Origin: an uncultured Phycisphaerales bacterium
GTDB taxonomy: Bacteria > Planctomycetota > Phycisphaerae > Tepidisphaerales > Tepidisphaeraceae
DNA: 64,000 nt
NCBI GenBank assembly: GCA_963758525.1
Contig: CAVWVQ010000002.1
Span: 128,001-192,000 of the forward strand
Direction of reading: 5' to 3'
Position 1 is the stretch's first letter, and each line of letters opens with the position of its first letter. The notes under the pieces are model-generated. The model had not been told where the DNA came from. It saw only the letters and a program-made list of their open reading frames with translations, and searched no databases. Positions 33,547 through 42,914 of the stretch are shown in pieces. The position numbers and the translations under genes were made by a program.

Positions 33547-34541
33547 GCGTGCTGCTGCCGACCTGGAACGCGATGCGGTTTCTGCCGGAGGCCGTCGAAA
33601 GCATTCTGCGGCAGCGATTTGAAGACTTCGAATGCATTATCGTCGACGATGGATCGACCGACGAAACCCCGCGATATCTTCGATCGCTCCGCGACACGCG
33701 CTTGCGTGTGTTGAGGAACAAAACCAATGTCGGGGTAACCGCCGCTTTGAACATCGGCCTTGCCGCGTGCGCTGGTCGATACATCGCCAGGATGGATGCC
33801 GACGACATTTCCCTGGTGGATCGACTTCAAACTCAGGTGCGATTTTTGGAGGTCCACCATGACATCGGCATCGTCGGATCTTCACGGCTGCTGATCGACG
33901 AGGGCGGTATGCCGCTCGGGACCGCCCCGGCAATTTCCGACGATCTCTCCATTCGATGGAAATGTCTGCTGGGAAATCCGCTCCCGCATCCGACGGTGAT
34001 GTTTCGACGCGATCTCTTGGAACGCCATCAGTTCCGTTACGACCTGGCCTTTCGATCCGCACAAGACTACGAGTTGTGGACCCGGCTGCTCCCAATCACT
34101 CGCGCCGCAAACATAGAGACGCCACTGTTGCAGTATCGCATTTGTGCGATGTCGATCAGCCGATCTCGCAAGCCGGAGCAGCTTGCGAATCACGACCGCA
34201 TTGCTGCGCTTGCCAATAGCAGGTTGTTGCCAACGTTCCCTCTTGGAATGCGGGAGATAACGAACTTACGGGGGCGCTACGGAGGCGAAAGCGTCCGCAA
34301 CCAGAATTGGAGTACCACCGATTTGGAATGGTTGGAAAAGCTCCGCGCGATGCTCGACGCCTTCCGCACTCATTACGCGGCGGACCCAGCAATTGCGCAA
34401 TGCTTCAACCGGCAGCACCGGTGGATTGAGAAGTTCAACGCCCCAGGTGCAAATTGTGACCAGTGTCCCGCCGCAGCAAAGACGCCCGGCGATCTTGCCG
34501 CCTTGGCGGTCACGCCTTTTTTCTCTCCTCCTCCGCGTTGA
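33525..34541 (+). CDS. GT2 glycosyltransferase
   Basis: VSVLLP, VDDGSTD, ARMDADD and QDYELW motifs. Confidence 0.9.
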   Translation: MPGRPAVSVLLPTWNAMRFLPEAVESILRQRFEDFECIIVDDGSTDETPRYLRSLRDTRLRVLRNKTNVGVTAALNIGLAACAGRYIARMDADDISLVDRLQTQVRFLEVHHDIGIVGSSRLLIDEGGMPLGTAPAISDDLSIRWKCLLGNPLPHPTVMFRRDLLERHQFRYDLAFRSAQDYELWTRLLPITRAANIETPLLQYRICAMSISRSRKPEQLANHDRIAALANSRLLPTFPLGMREITNLRGRYGGESVRNQNWSTTDLEWLEKLRAMLDAFRTHYAADPAIAQCFNRQHRWIEKFNAPGANCDQCPAAAKTPGDLAALAVTPFFSPPPR

Positions 34542-34728
34542 TCTGCCTGAGACCCTGCTTATGAGTGACGGCATCGGGCATATGATCCTCATGCTCGGCG
34601 GGAGTCCCTTTGTTATTGTCCAGCCGGCCCATTCCCGCTTCTTTCTCGGGTTTAGCGCGCTCGTAAACCCGCGCGGTGTCCGGAGCATTCGTCGGATTGA
34701 GGGGCCTCTGAGGTGAATTGCCTGCCAT
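34510..34728 (-). CDS. small hydrophilic hypothetical protein (72 aa)
   Basis: AAGGAG RBS before the ATG at 34728; MAGNSPQRPLNPTNAPDTARVYERAKPEKEAGMGRLDNN... Confidence 0.6.
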   Translation of the reverse strand: MAGNSPQRPLNPTNAPDTARVYERAKPEKEAGMGRLDNNKGTPAEHEDHMPDAVTHKQGLRQINAEEERKKA

Positions 34729-35031
34729 GCCTGTTCTCCTTTTTTGTGTCATATTGAATTTTAGTCGCACAGCGTATGCCGATGCGGCAATTCCGTGCAA
34801 ACGACCGATAATATATGGAGCAGAGTTTCGTGCAGTAGGCTCTATCGGCACAGATCCCCCACTCGCAGTGTCGCTGCGACGCTGGGGCGCCCAGATGCGA
34901 TGTGGCGATTGGTAAGCTCGGCCTGCGCGGTTACGATGAGCCATGCGGCGCGCTGCTCCCGCCAGGCAATGGGGTTGTGTTGTCATTGATGGGCCGGAGC
35001 GAACGGATGTACGCTCTCTGCCGCGCAAATT

Positions 35032-38000
35032 ATGCCGATTTTTGGCCGATACGAGGTTGTTTCGGAGCTTCACGCGGGAACCCCCGCGTCGGTCTTCCGC
35101 GCCAAGCTGGTGATAGGCCGCCACGCTCAGTTTGTGGTCAAGCTCCTGCAGCATGAAGACCTCGAGTCCCAGCCGCTGCGACAGGATGTCGAGGTGTTTC
35201 TCGAACAGGCACGAGCCCAGAAACAGGCTGGCGCCGATCCGCTGGGCAACTGGGCCTCGATCCACCATTTCGCCAAAACGCCAGGCGGCGCGTTTTACAT
35301 CAGCGATCTGGCCCCCGCGTCGGTCCAGACGCTGATCCAACTCTCGGTTGTTCCGACGTCCCGCGAACTCGCCCGCCTTGTGGCCGGAATCGTCCGCGGG
35401 CTGCGGACCATGCGGGAGGTCCTGAACCGCGCCCACGGCAACCTCAAGCCATCCAACGTGTTGCTCTCCTCCTTCAAGCTCGACGGAGCCAGCGTCAGGC
35501 TCACCGATCCGGCGTCCAATCTCATTGCATCGCAAGTGGGAGAAGCGGGCGACCTGCATGCGCTGGGGAGACTCATTTTCGAATTGATCGAGCATCGCCC
35601 CCCTCTTGGTGACATCGACGCCACCGTGCCTTCCACGCCGCAATGGCGGCAACTGGGGTCGGACGCAGAGGGATGGCGGCAACTGTGCGCGGATCTGCTG
35701 GCGCCTCAGGACGAAAAGAGCGAGGGACATCTCGGCGAGCTTGCCGCGCTCGTCAATAAACTCGGCAGAGCCAAGCCTGGAGGGTCCAAGCGATGGATGC
35801 TGCGAACCGCAACGGTTTTCCTCGTTGCCGGCGGCGTTGCGTCCGCATTCGACTTTCAAGCGCGACGCGAACTCTTCGCGGCCCGCACGCAGTGGATCGA
35901 CCCGCTCGCCGCGGAAATCGCAAAGCCCCCGACGATGAAGCGCTTCCGCGATGATCCGGCGCTGTGCGCCGTGATGCTCGACGTCACCGCGGCAGACGAC
36001 CCGGCCGTTGCCGCCAGCAACCAACTCTCCGACGTTCGGCCGTGGGAGATTCTGCGCGTGCGCTCCAGCCTCGCCGCCGCCGAGCGCGTCGGGACCGACC
36101 TGTCGCCAGCGCACTGGCCGGTCGCGGCGCGCCTCCGCGATGCGCAGCAGACTCTGGAGCGCTCCTCGTGGACGCAACCGGCGCACTTTGTCGCCGCCGC
36201 CTTGGCCCAGCTCAAGCCCGGGCCCGGTCTGGATTCCGCGATCTTGAATGCCATCCAGCTCGATGCCATTCTGCAAAATCAGCTGCCGGCACTGACAAAG
36301 AGCTGGGCTGATGTCGAAGACAATGCTGGCCTGCTGCAAAAGTCGAATGATGTCTACCTCTCTTCGTTCGCGACGATGCTTCGAAAATCGGCGGCGGATG
36401 CGCTGCAGCTCAGTGCAACCGGTTTTGGCGGGACGGATGTGTTGCGCACCAACAACGATCTCATCACTCGCCTTTTGACGGTCGTTCGAGACGGCTTTCC
36501 GAGTGGCATCGACGCGCCCCGATTCTTCGCGGAAGTCACTTCCAGGATTGATTATTCACATCCGCAGATCGCGGATGTGAAGAACTGGCTTCAGCGCGAG
36601 CCGTTTTACGCGAAGCAGGACGCGCAAACTGCGGCCGCCGCGAAGGAACTGCGTATCGCGCTGCGGCGCGCCCTGGATCAAATTGCCAGGCTCCATCCCG
36701 ACGCCGGGGATCGCGCGGAGGTCGAGGCGCAGCGGAAGCTCATCGAGCACGATCTCGATCTCTTTGAGCACCGCCATTTCACCAGCCACGACATGGCCGA
36801 CGGGACGTTCGTCACGCAGCGGACAGGAATCGACTCACAGATCGAATCGCTGATCGGCCACGTGCATCGCGTCGATCCGACGCCCTGGGTTGCTTCGCTC
36901 CCCACTTTGGCCACGCGCTCAGATGTCATCAACGCATACTGGGAGGATTGGAAACACGTGCTGCGCACCAGCACCGGGGAGATGGCGCGGCGAAACGATC
37001 TGTTCCAGACTTTTCGGCGTCAGACCGAGGCGCTGCGAAAAACCCTGACGGGCCTCGATGCGGATTTCCCGGCCGTCCCATCCCAGCTCGCCGGCGCGTT
37101 CGCCGCCAGCGCCGCCAGCCGCCGCGAAAGCGAGCTCGGGAAGCTTCTGGCCGCCATCGATGCGGCAGCCCCGCAGGCGGTTCTCCCCGGGCAGAAATCC
37201 GCCGCCGACAGCTATCGCCAATGGTGCGACAATCTCGTGGCGCTGGGCCACGATTTCCCCATCCGCGCCGAGCTGCTGACATTCGCGGACAACCCCGATG
37301 AGCCGTGGAAGCATACCAAAGCGGACTTCTGGAACGATACTGCCGTTCAGCATCTTGTGGCCGCCGATGTGAAGCGGCTGGCGAATCTCCGCGCCATCAG
37401 CAAGCTGACCCGCCCCGACCTGATCGATGCCGCCACCGAATCAACGGTCCCGGAGATCACGTTCGCAGCCTGGCAACTGCTCGGGGAAGCGTCGATTTCC
37501 CCGGCGTGGCCGTCGCAGGCCGGCGAGCTCGAAACTGAACGAGACATGCGCGACAAACTGGCGAGCATGATCGCCGGCCTCAAGGATCCCAAGGCGAAAG
37601 GACTTGTCGGATCCGCGCTGGCAAACCAGGGAATTGCCCGCTGGCGTCGGTTCGTGCAGTCTGCAACATCCGAGGCAATGCTGCAGCATGCAATCGAACT
37701 GAAGCGATCATTCGGCCCTGACGCAGATCTGTTTTCAGGATTGTCCGCGGCGGGGCGCTTCAACATCGCGCTCTATCTTGGTCGCCAGCAGGTGCATGAT
37801 TCCGACGACCATTCGACCGCCACATTGATCGCGGCGCTCAAGCATTCCGCGCAAGACCTGCCCGATCAGAAGCCGGTGCAGCGACTGCTCGCCCGTTTGG
37901 CGCGGCTCGACACCAAAGAGCGGTTTGCCGACCAGAATCCCGGCGACCGTTTCACGCTGGCGGTTCCCGGCGCGAATCCGCCGTTCGTCTTTCAACGCGT

Positions 38001-38982
38001 CGAGCCGCCAAACGAGCGGCCCTTCTATCTCTGCACCACGGCTGTCTCGTTCGGACAATTCGCCGGCGTGGTCCAGGCGGCAGGCGCCTGGCAGCAGACC
38101 GCGGCGTTTTCGTGGGGCGTCGCGCCGGGCCAACCGGATCTGCGACGCGGTCCGCGCGTCTGGGAGTGGCTGGCAAAGCCGGCGCTGCAGATGACGACCC
38201 CCCTCCTCTGGCTGCATCCCGACGACGACAACGATTACGCGCCCCCGTTTCGCATCGACCGCTTCAACCGCACCGCGCTTTCAGATGATGTCGGCGGCAA
38301 TCCCACGCCCGACCATCCGATGCAGCAAATTCCAGCCGAAGCCGCACTCTATTATTCCGGGCTCTGCGGATGCCGCCTTCCCACCGCCGCCGAGTGGCGC
38401 GACGCATACGCGATCTTCGAGCGTACGGTCCCGCCGGAGCGATGGAATCTTCGCGATCAGACGTGGGACCAGCAGCGCCGATACGCCGCCGACAGTGCCT
38501 CCCCGACCGTGCGCTGGCCCGACGAAGGCATTTTTCGCCCCGAGGAAGTGACCATCGCGGCAGGGGCCGATGCCAAAGCGCGCCCCGAAAACGACGGAAC
38601 CTTGTTCTTCCGTCCCGTCAACGGCCCCGGCGGCGGGACTTTCCACTCTCTGATCGGCAACGTCGCCCAATTGATCTGTGAAGCGCCGGATCAATTTGAA
38701 GACCTCGCGGATAAATCGAGCGCCGCCGCCATTCGCGCCTTCCTCGCGCAATGGCCCAACTCCTTGTTTGTCATCGGCGGCTCCGCCCTGTCACCGCCGG
38801 ACGTTCCGCTGCAGTCGCCGCTCCCCGTCGTGCACACAGACGTCGGATATGCCGACGTCGGCCTTCGCCTCGCCTTCACCGCGCCCGCCCGATCGCTGTC
38901 GGAACGATTGGCATGGATGCTCGCCGGTCAGTCCTATCTCTGGGAAAAATCCTCCCCGACCACCGCGGCGGTGGCGCAGTGA
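35032..38982 (+). CDS. membrane protein: N-terminal pseudokinase, TM, long helical region, C-terminal FGE-sulfatase (SUMF1-like) domain
   Basis: Kinase fold (RYEVV, FVVK, HGNLKPSNVLL, LTDP, DLHALG); FGE motifs PFYL, HPM, RLPTAAEW, GNVAQ, GGS, VGLRLA. Confidence 0.8.
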   Translation: MPIFGRYEVVSELHAGTPASVFRAKLVIGRHAQFVVKLLQHEDLESQPLRQDVEVFLEQARAQKQAGADPLGNWASIHHFAKTPGGAFYISDLAPASVQTLIQLSVVPTSRELARLVAGIVRGLRTMREVLNRAHGNLKPSNVLLSSFKLDGASVRLTDPASNLIASQVGEAGDLHALGRLIFELIEHRPPLGDIDATVPSTPQWRQLGSDAEGWRQLCADLLAPQDEKSEGHLGELAALVNKLGRAKPGGSKRWMLRTATVFLVAGGVASAFDFQARRELFAARTQWIDPLAAEIAKPPTMKRFRDDPALCAVMLDVTAADDPAVAASNQLSDVRPWEILRVRSSLAAAERVGTDLSPAHWPVAARLRDAQQTLERSSWTQPAHFVAAALAQLKPGPGLDSAILNAIQLDAILQNQLPALTKSWADVEDNAGLLQKSNDVYLSSFATMLRKSAADALQLSATGFGGTDVLRTNNDLITRLLTVVRDGFPSGIDAPRFFAEVTSRIDYSHPQIADVKNWLQREPFYAKQDAQTAAAAKELRIALRRALDQIARLHPDAGDRAEVEAQRKLIEHDLDLFEHRHFTSHDMADGTFVTQRTGIDSQIESLIGHVHRVDPTPWVASLPTLATRSDVINAYWEDWKHVLRTSTGEMARRNDLFQTFRRQTEALRKTLTGLDADFPAVPSQLAGAFAASAASRRESELGKLLAAIDAAAPQAVLPGQKSAADSYRQWCDNLVALGHDFPIRAELLTFADNPDEPWKHTKADFWNDTAVQHLVAADVKRLANLRAISKLTRPDLIDAATESTVPEITFAAWQLLGEASISPAWPSQAGELETERDMRDKLASMIAGLKDPKAKGLVGSALANQGIARWRRFVQSATSEAMLQHAIELKRSFGPDADLFSGLSAAGRFNIALYLGRQQVHDSDDHSTATLIAALKHSAQDLPDQKPVQRLLARLARLDTKERFADQNPGDRFTLAVPGANPPFVFQRVEPPNERPFYLCTTAVSFGQFAGVVQAAGAWQQTAAFSWGVAPGQPDLRRGPRVWEWLAKPALQMTTPLLWLHPDDDNDYAPPFRIDRFNRTALSDDVGGNPTPDHPMQQIPAEAALYYSGLCGCRLPTAAEWRDAYAIFERTVPPERWNLRDQTWDQQRRYAADSASPTVRWPDEGIFRPEEVTIAAGADAKARPENDGTLFFRPVNGPGGGTFHSLIGNVAQLICEAPDQFEDLADKSSAAAIRAFLAQWPNSLFVIGGSALSPPDVPLQSPLPVVHTDVGYADVGLRLAFTAPARSLSERLAWMLAGQSYLWEKSSPTTAAVAQ

Positions 38983-39011
38983 AAACTTCAGTTCCATCAG
39001 GACGCAGTCGC

Positions 39012-39144
39012 CCTCTCTTTCCCCCTCCCCTGGTACTCCGGGGGAGGGCCGGGGTGGGGGCGGGTGACGTTGCGAATGCCGCGCCTTTTTCGCGGTGCTT
39101 CCACACTAACCCTTCCCCGGGGTACCAGCGGAGGGGAAAAGAGG
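39012..39144. repeat. GC-rich inverted repeat element (CCCTCCCC...GGGGAGGG type)
   Basis: ccctcccctggtactccgggggaggg ... cccttccccggggtaccagcggagggg, imperfect inverted arms between co-oriented genes. Confidence 0.7.
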
Positions 39145-39155
39145 CGATCCGAAAT

Positions 39156-40046
39156 TTGCGTCCGCTGTGTCTGCTCTTTTTGACGGCAGCCGCATTCTGC
39201 CTGCTCGGTGGCTGCGTCTCGGCCCCCGCGCCAGCACAACAATTCGTCGCCCAGGCCAAGCGTCTGCACGACGATGCCCTGGCCCAGACGGTGATCCCCG
39301 ATCGCGATCTGGAGGATTACATCCAGCAGATCGGCCAGCGGATTATCGCCGCCGCCCACGAAGCGGCGCCGGACAAAACCGCCAATCCATTCTTTGCCGA
39401 TGTGCAGTTTCACCTTGTCGACTCCCCGGTGCCAAACGTCTTCACGACCGGCGGCAAGCACATCTATGTGTATGCCGGCCTCCTGCAGTTCTGCCAGAAC
39501 GAAGAGGAGCTGGCCACGGCCATGTCGCAGGCGTATGCCCACCTGGTCAACCTCGATATCGAAAATACTGGCATGAGGCCCGACGATCAGCGACCGCTGC
39601 GCGCCGACGTCTGGCAGTTCGTCATCAACCCCTACAGCAGCCAGCAGGATCTGTCGGCCGACCAACTGGCATTTCAATTCTTCGACAAAGCCGGCTGGGA
39701 CGGGACGAAATTCGAGAATCTGTTCCAGCGCGTCAACGACACCTATCACGCGCCCCCCGAGCCCAACCGATCGTCCCTGGCCGACCGAGCGGCCCATGCC
39801 CACGCATTGAGTCAAACCGCGACGCGCGCCAACCGCAGGCCTCCCGTTGCCGACCGCCGGACGTTCGCCCTGCTCAAACGCCAGGCCGCCGCCTTGATCA
39901 AGAAGCAGGCCCCGCCGCCGGAAGACGAGCTATTCCTGCTGGCAATGCCCAACCTGATTCTCTCCCACGATCTCCCCGAACAGCAGGCCGCACAAGAAAG
40001 CCTGCGTCCGCCGCCGCCAGCCGCAGTGCAGTTGGAACCGAACTGA
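39156..40046 (+). CDS. M48 (BepA-like) peptidase-fold lipoprotein, predicted inactive
   Basis: Lipobox LGGC; M48 scaffold (PNVF..GGKHIYVYAGLL...EEELA) but HExxH replaced by QAYAH. Confidence 0.7.
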   Translation: MRPLCLLFLTAAAFCLLGGCVSAPAPAQQFVAQAKRLHDDALAQTVIPDRDLEDYIQQIGQRIIAAAHEAAPDKTANPFFADVQFHLVDSPVPNVFTTGGKHIYVYAGLLQFCQNEEELATAMSQAYAHLVNLDIENTGMRPDDQRPLRADVWQFVINPYSSQQDLSADQLAFQFFDKAGWDGTKFENLFQRVNDTYHAPPEPNRSSLADRAAHAHALSQTATRANRRPPVADRRTFALLKRQAAALIKKQAPPPEDELFLLAMPNLILSHDLPEQQAAQESLRPPPPAAVQLEPN

Positions 40047-40298
40047 CGCGATAACCAGAACCAGCCGTGTCCGTCCGAATAACTGACGTGGGCTCCGCCG
40101 TTGCCTAAAGGGACGCCGGAGGGCAATGTCTCTACCGCGTATCGCTGCTGTTCAGCGTCGTGTGCGTGGCTGCAAAAAGATCGACCTAACAGCCTGCCCC
40201 TGCCGCGACAAGCAATCTCCCGGTGCTCGGGGGAGGGCCAGGCGGGAGCCAGATTGGGGAATGGCTTGGAGACACGAGATAAAATGATCTGGAATTTC

Positions 40299-40326
40299 TG
40301 TCCTGATTTGGGGTGTTGACGGATTA
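40299..40326 (+). promoter_or_regulatory. putative ECF-dependent promoter (autoregulatory)
   Basis: TGTCCTGATTT-N11-GGATTA ending 33 nt upstream of the ECF gene; same motif and spacing at 42787-42814. Confidence 0.75.
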
Positions 40327-40359
40327 GATCAGGCCATTCTTCGTTTTTGCCGGATAGCG

Positions 40360-40893
40360 ATGCAGTCATCCGATCAAATGTTCGTTCGCGTTCTGACCGG
40401 CCAACGGGTTCAGTTGATGGCCTTTATCTGGTCGATCGTGCGCGCGCCCGAACTGGTCGAGGACGTGTATCAGGATGTCTGCCTGGTGGCGATGGAGAAG
40501 CGACCCATCACCGACACCGACGAAGACCTGATGCGCTGGCTCCGCGCGGTTGCGCGAAATAAGGCGCTGCAGGCCCTGGAGCGACGTCAACGAAATCCCC
40601 GGACGATGCAGCCGGAGCTTTTGGAATTGATGGACGAGCAGTGGCAGGAGCACGACGGCTCATCCAACGGGCCGGAGCTTGAGCATCTCCAATCATGCCT
40701 GACAAAGCTCACGCCGTACGCGCAGCAGGTGGTGAATCTGCGCTATGGCCAAGGCCTGACGACCCAGAAGGTGGCCGACGCGCTGCAACGCAAGGTTGAA
40801 GCGGTCTACAAGGCGCTGGTGCGGATTCATAACGCACTGGAGGAATGCGTGCGACGACAGATCGGCGCTCAGGAGCGAGGATCGAATGCCTGA
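40360..40893 (+). CDS. ECF RNA polymerase sigma factor (PVC type)
   Basis: Region 2 (VEDVYQDV...WLRAVARNK) and region 4 (CLTKL...LRYGQGL...VYKALVRI...LEECV). Confidence 0.92.
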   Translation: MQSSDQMFVRVLTGQRVQLMAFIWSIVRAPELVEDVYQDVCLVAMEKRPITDTDEDLMRWLRAVARNKALQALERRQRNPRTMQPELLELMDEQWQEHDGSSNGPELEHLQSCLTKLTPYAQQVVNLRYGQGLTTQKVADALQRKVEAVYKALVRIHNALEECVRRQIGAQERGSNA

Positions 40894-42707
40894 AAACACG
40901 CCCACCGGGGCCGGCATGAGCGACGAAGATTTTGTGCTGCTGGTGCTGCGGCACCTGGACGATTCTCTGGACGAAACCGGCACATCCGCTCTCCACGCGG
41001 AATTGCTGCGGGATGCCGGGCGTCGCCGGGAATTTGTCTCATTGCACCTTCGCTCGGTGAAGCTGGCTGAATTGCTTCGGCCGCAGTTGTTTGACGATCC
41101 GGAGAATTCCGCGCCGGCAACGTTGGACGATGCACAGATCCTTCCCGCGTTGAACGCTCTCGATCGTGGAGACGATGGGAACGCGGAGCGCAAGGACTCG
41201 GCCGGCATGCTCACCGGCCTCACGGCGCCAAGACTACCCGACGATAGCGGTTCGGACTCGACGATAAAGGCGGCAGGGCCGATCGAGGATCAAGATGCGG
41301 CACATGCGTGGCGGTGGCCTTGGAGAGTTACGAAGTGGCGCGCCGGTGCGCTCGGCTGGGCTGCTGCCGCGACAGTGGTGCTGGCGTCCGCGATATCCCT
41401 CGTCGTGATCCTGCATCCGGGCGCCCATCCTGAGCCGCTGGTCATGGGCGCGTCCCTGGATGCAGTATGGGCCGATCCGCGGTCGGTCGCGGCTGCGGGA
41501 AGCCTCGTCGAAACCGGGGTTTCGCAATCGCTCGAATCCGGCTGCGCCGAGCTGACCGCCTCGAACGGCCTGGTGGTTGTCATTCAGGGACCGGCGACGT
41601 TCACCGTTGTAAAGGCCGGGGTTGTCGCTCTCTCATCCGGCAGGCTCACGGCAAGCGTCCCAAAACCAGCGCGCGGATTCACTGTGAACACTCCGGTTGC
41701 ACGCGTCATCGACCTCGGTACCGAGTTCGGCGTGTCCGTCGATCCATCGGGTGAAACGCAGGTCCAGACTTTTCGCGGCACGGTGTCGCTTTCGTCATCC
41801 ACGAGCCCCCCTTCCGTGCCCGCCGGCTTGATTACCGCCGGGGTCGCGCGACGCGTCAGTTCGACGGGTGACATCACGGACGTCCCGGCCAACACCACGG
41901 CGTTTGTACGGCCGCAGCAGTTCGACGACTGGAACGCGATGCCGCACGAAACGTCATTCGACCGGTGGAAGGCCTATAGCGCACGGCTTCGCAGCGATCC
42001 CGATCTGGTCGCGTACTACACATTCGACAGGAGCGAAAGCGATCCGGAGCGCTTGATCAATCTCGCGGCATCCGGGCCAGCCCTCAATGGCTTCTTGAGA
42101 GGAACGGATCGGATCCATGAACGCCCGCTATGGACCACCGGTCGCTGGCCGGAAAAGGGCGCGTTGGCCTTTACTCCCAACTCGCATGAGCGCGTCGAGA
42201 TCGAATCCCCCGTCGGTGGTCCCCTGGACTTCTCGCGCAACGCGCAGACAGCAGTCCCGTTCACCATCTGCGTTTGGCTGCGCAGAACAACAGCACCCGG
42301 TTCACTCGTCGATTTTTCTGAAGGGTGGTGGTTCGGAACAGTTCGGACTGGAACTGATTGCGGACGGATCCATCGAGGGGTCGGTAGGAAAGGTCGGGGT
42401 CGGAGATCGCCGGAGTCCCGCTTCCAAGATCACAAACAAGTGGCAACTGGTGAGCCTGAATTACGACCCGGACCACGGCAACCTCGCGTTGTATGTCAAT
42501 GGCGTTCAGGTGGCCCAAAACCCCAACGCGTCCAGAACGCTACCGCGTTCCGAGTGGCCGCTGGCCATCGGGGACCGCGAATTTCGGGTGAAAATCGCGT
42601 CCTATCTCCCGCCCATGGCGGGGCAGATTGATGAGGTGGCGGTCTTCCGCAGGGCATTTTCAGCCGAGCAGGTGAAGGAGATGTACGAGGCAGAAAAGCC
42701 GGATTAA
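40886..42707 (+). CDS. FecR-like anti-sigma factor with C-terminal LamG (concanavalin-like) domain; frameshift near 42305
   Basis: N-terminal anti-sigma helices, TM, FecR core (GFTVNTPVARVIDLGTEFGVSV), LamG (LVAYYTFD...LYVNG...GQIDEVAVFRRA); overlaps the sigma gene stop. Confidence 0.85.
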
Positions 42708-42786
42708 ACCTTGCTTTTGCTCAAAGGTAGGTATAGTCGAGTTACTCACCGGATCATTATCATTGTGAAGAAATTTCAGAAATTGG

Positions 42787-42814
42787 TGTCCTGATTTTGA
42801 TTTCGGATGGATTA
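42787..42814 (+). promoter_or_regulatory. second copy of the putative ECF promoter
   Basis: TGTCCTGATTT-N11-GGATTA in the AT-rich gap upstream of the PEP-CTERM gene. Confidence 0.75.
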
Positions 42815-42914
42815 ACGATGTGAGGCGACATGACGCAAGTCGTGCCGAGCTGGTTCGAGCCGCGGTCGTCAACGTAAGTATTGAAGAGGGATGGATTTAT
42901 CCGGAGGAGAAGTG

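Noticed and set aside
34787..34800. sigma54-like TTGCACGGAATTGC upstream of the small minus-strand gene
   Set aside because: The invariant GG at -24 is missing (TG instead).
34729..36339. 609-aa minus-strand ORF
   Set aside because: It is antisense to the pseudokinase gene; only the last 72 codons have an RBS and plausible composition.
37900..38982. FGE-sulfatase (C-type lectin fold) domain as a diversity-generating retroelement target
   Set aside because: No reverse transcriptase and no template-repeat/variable-repeat pair differing at adenines were seen in the window.
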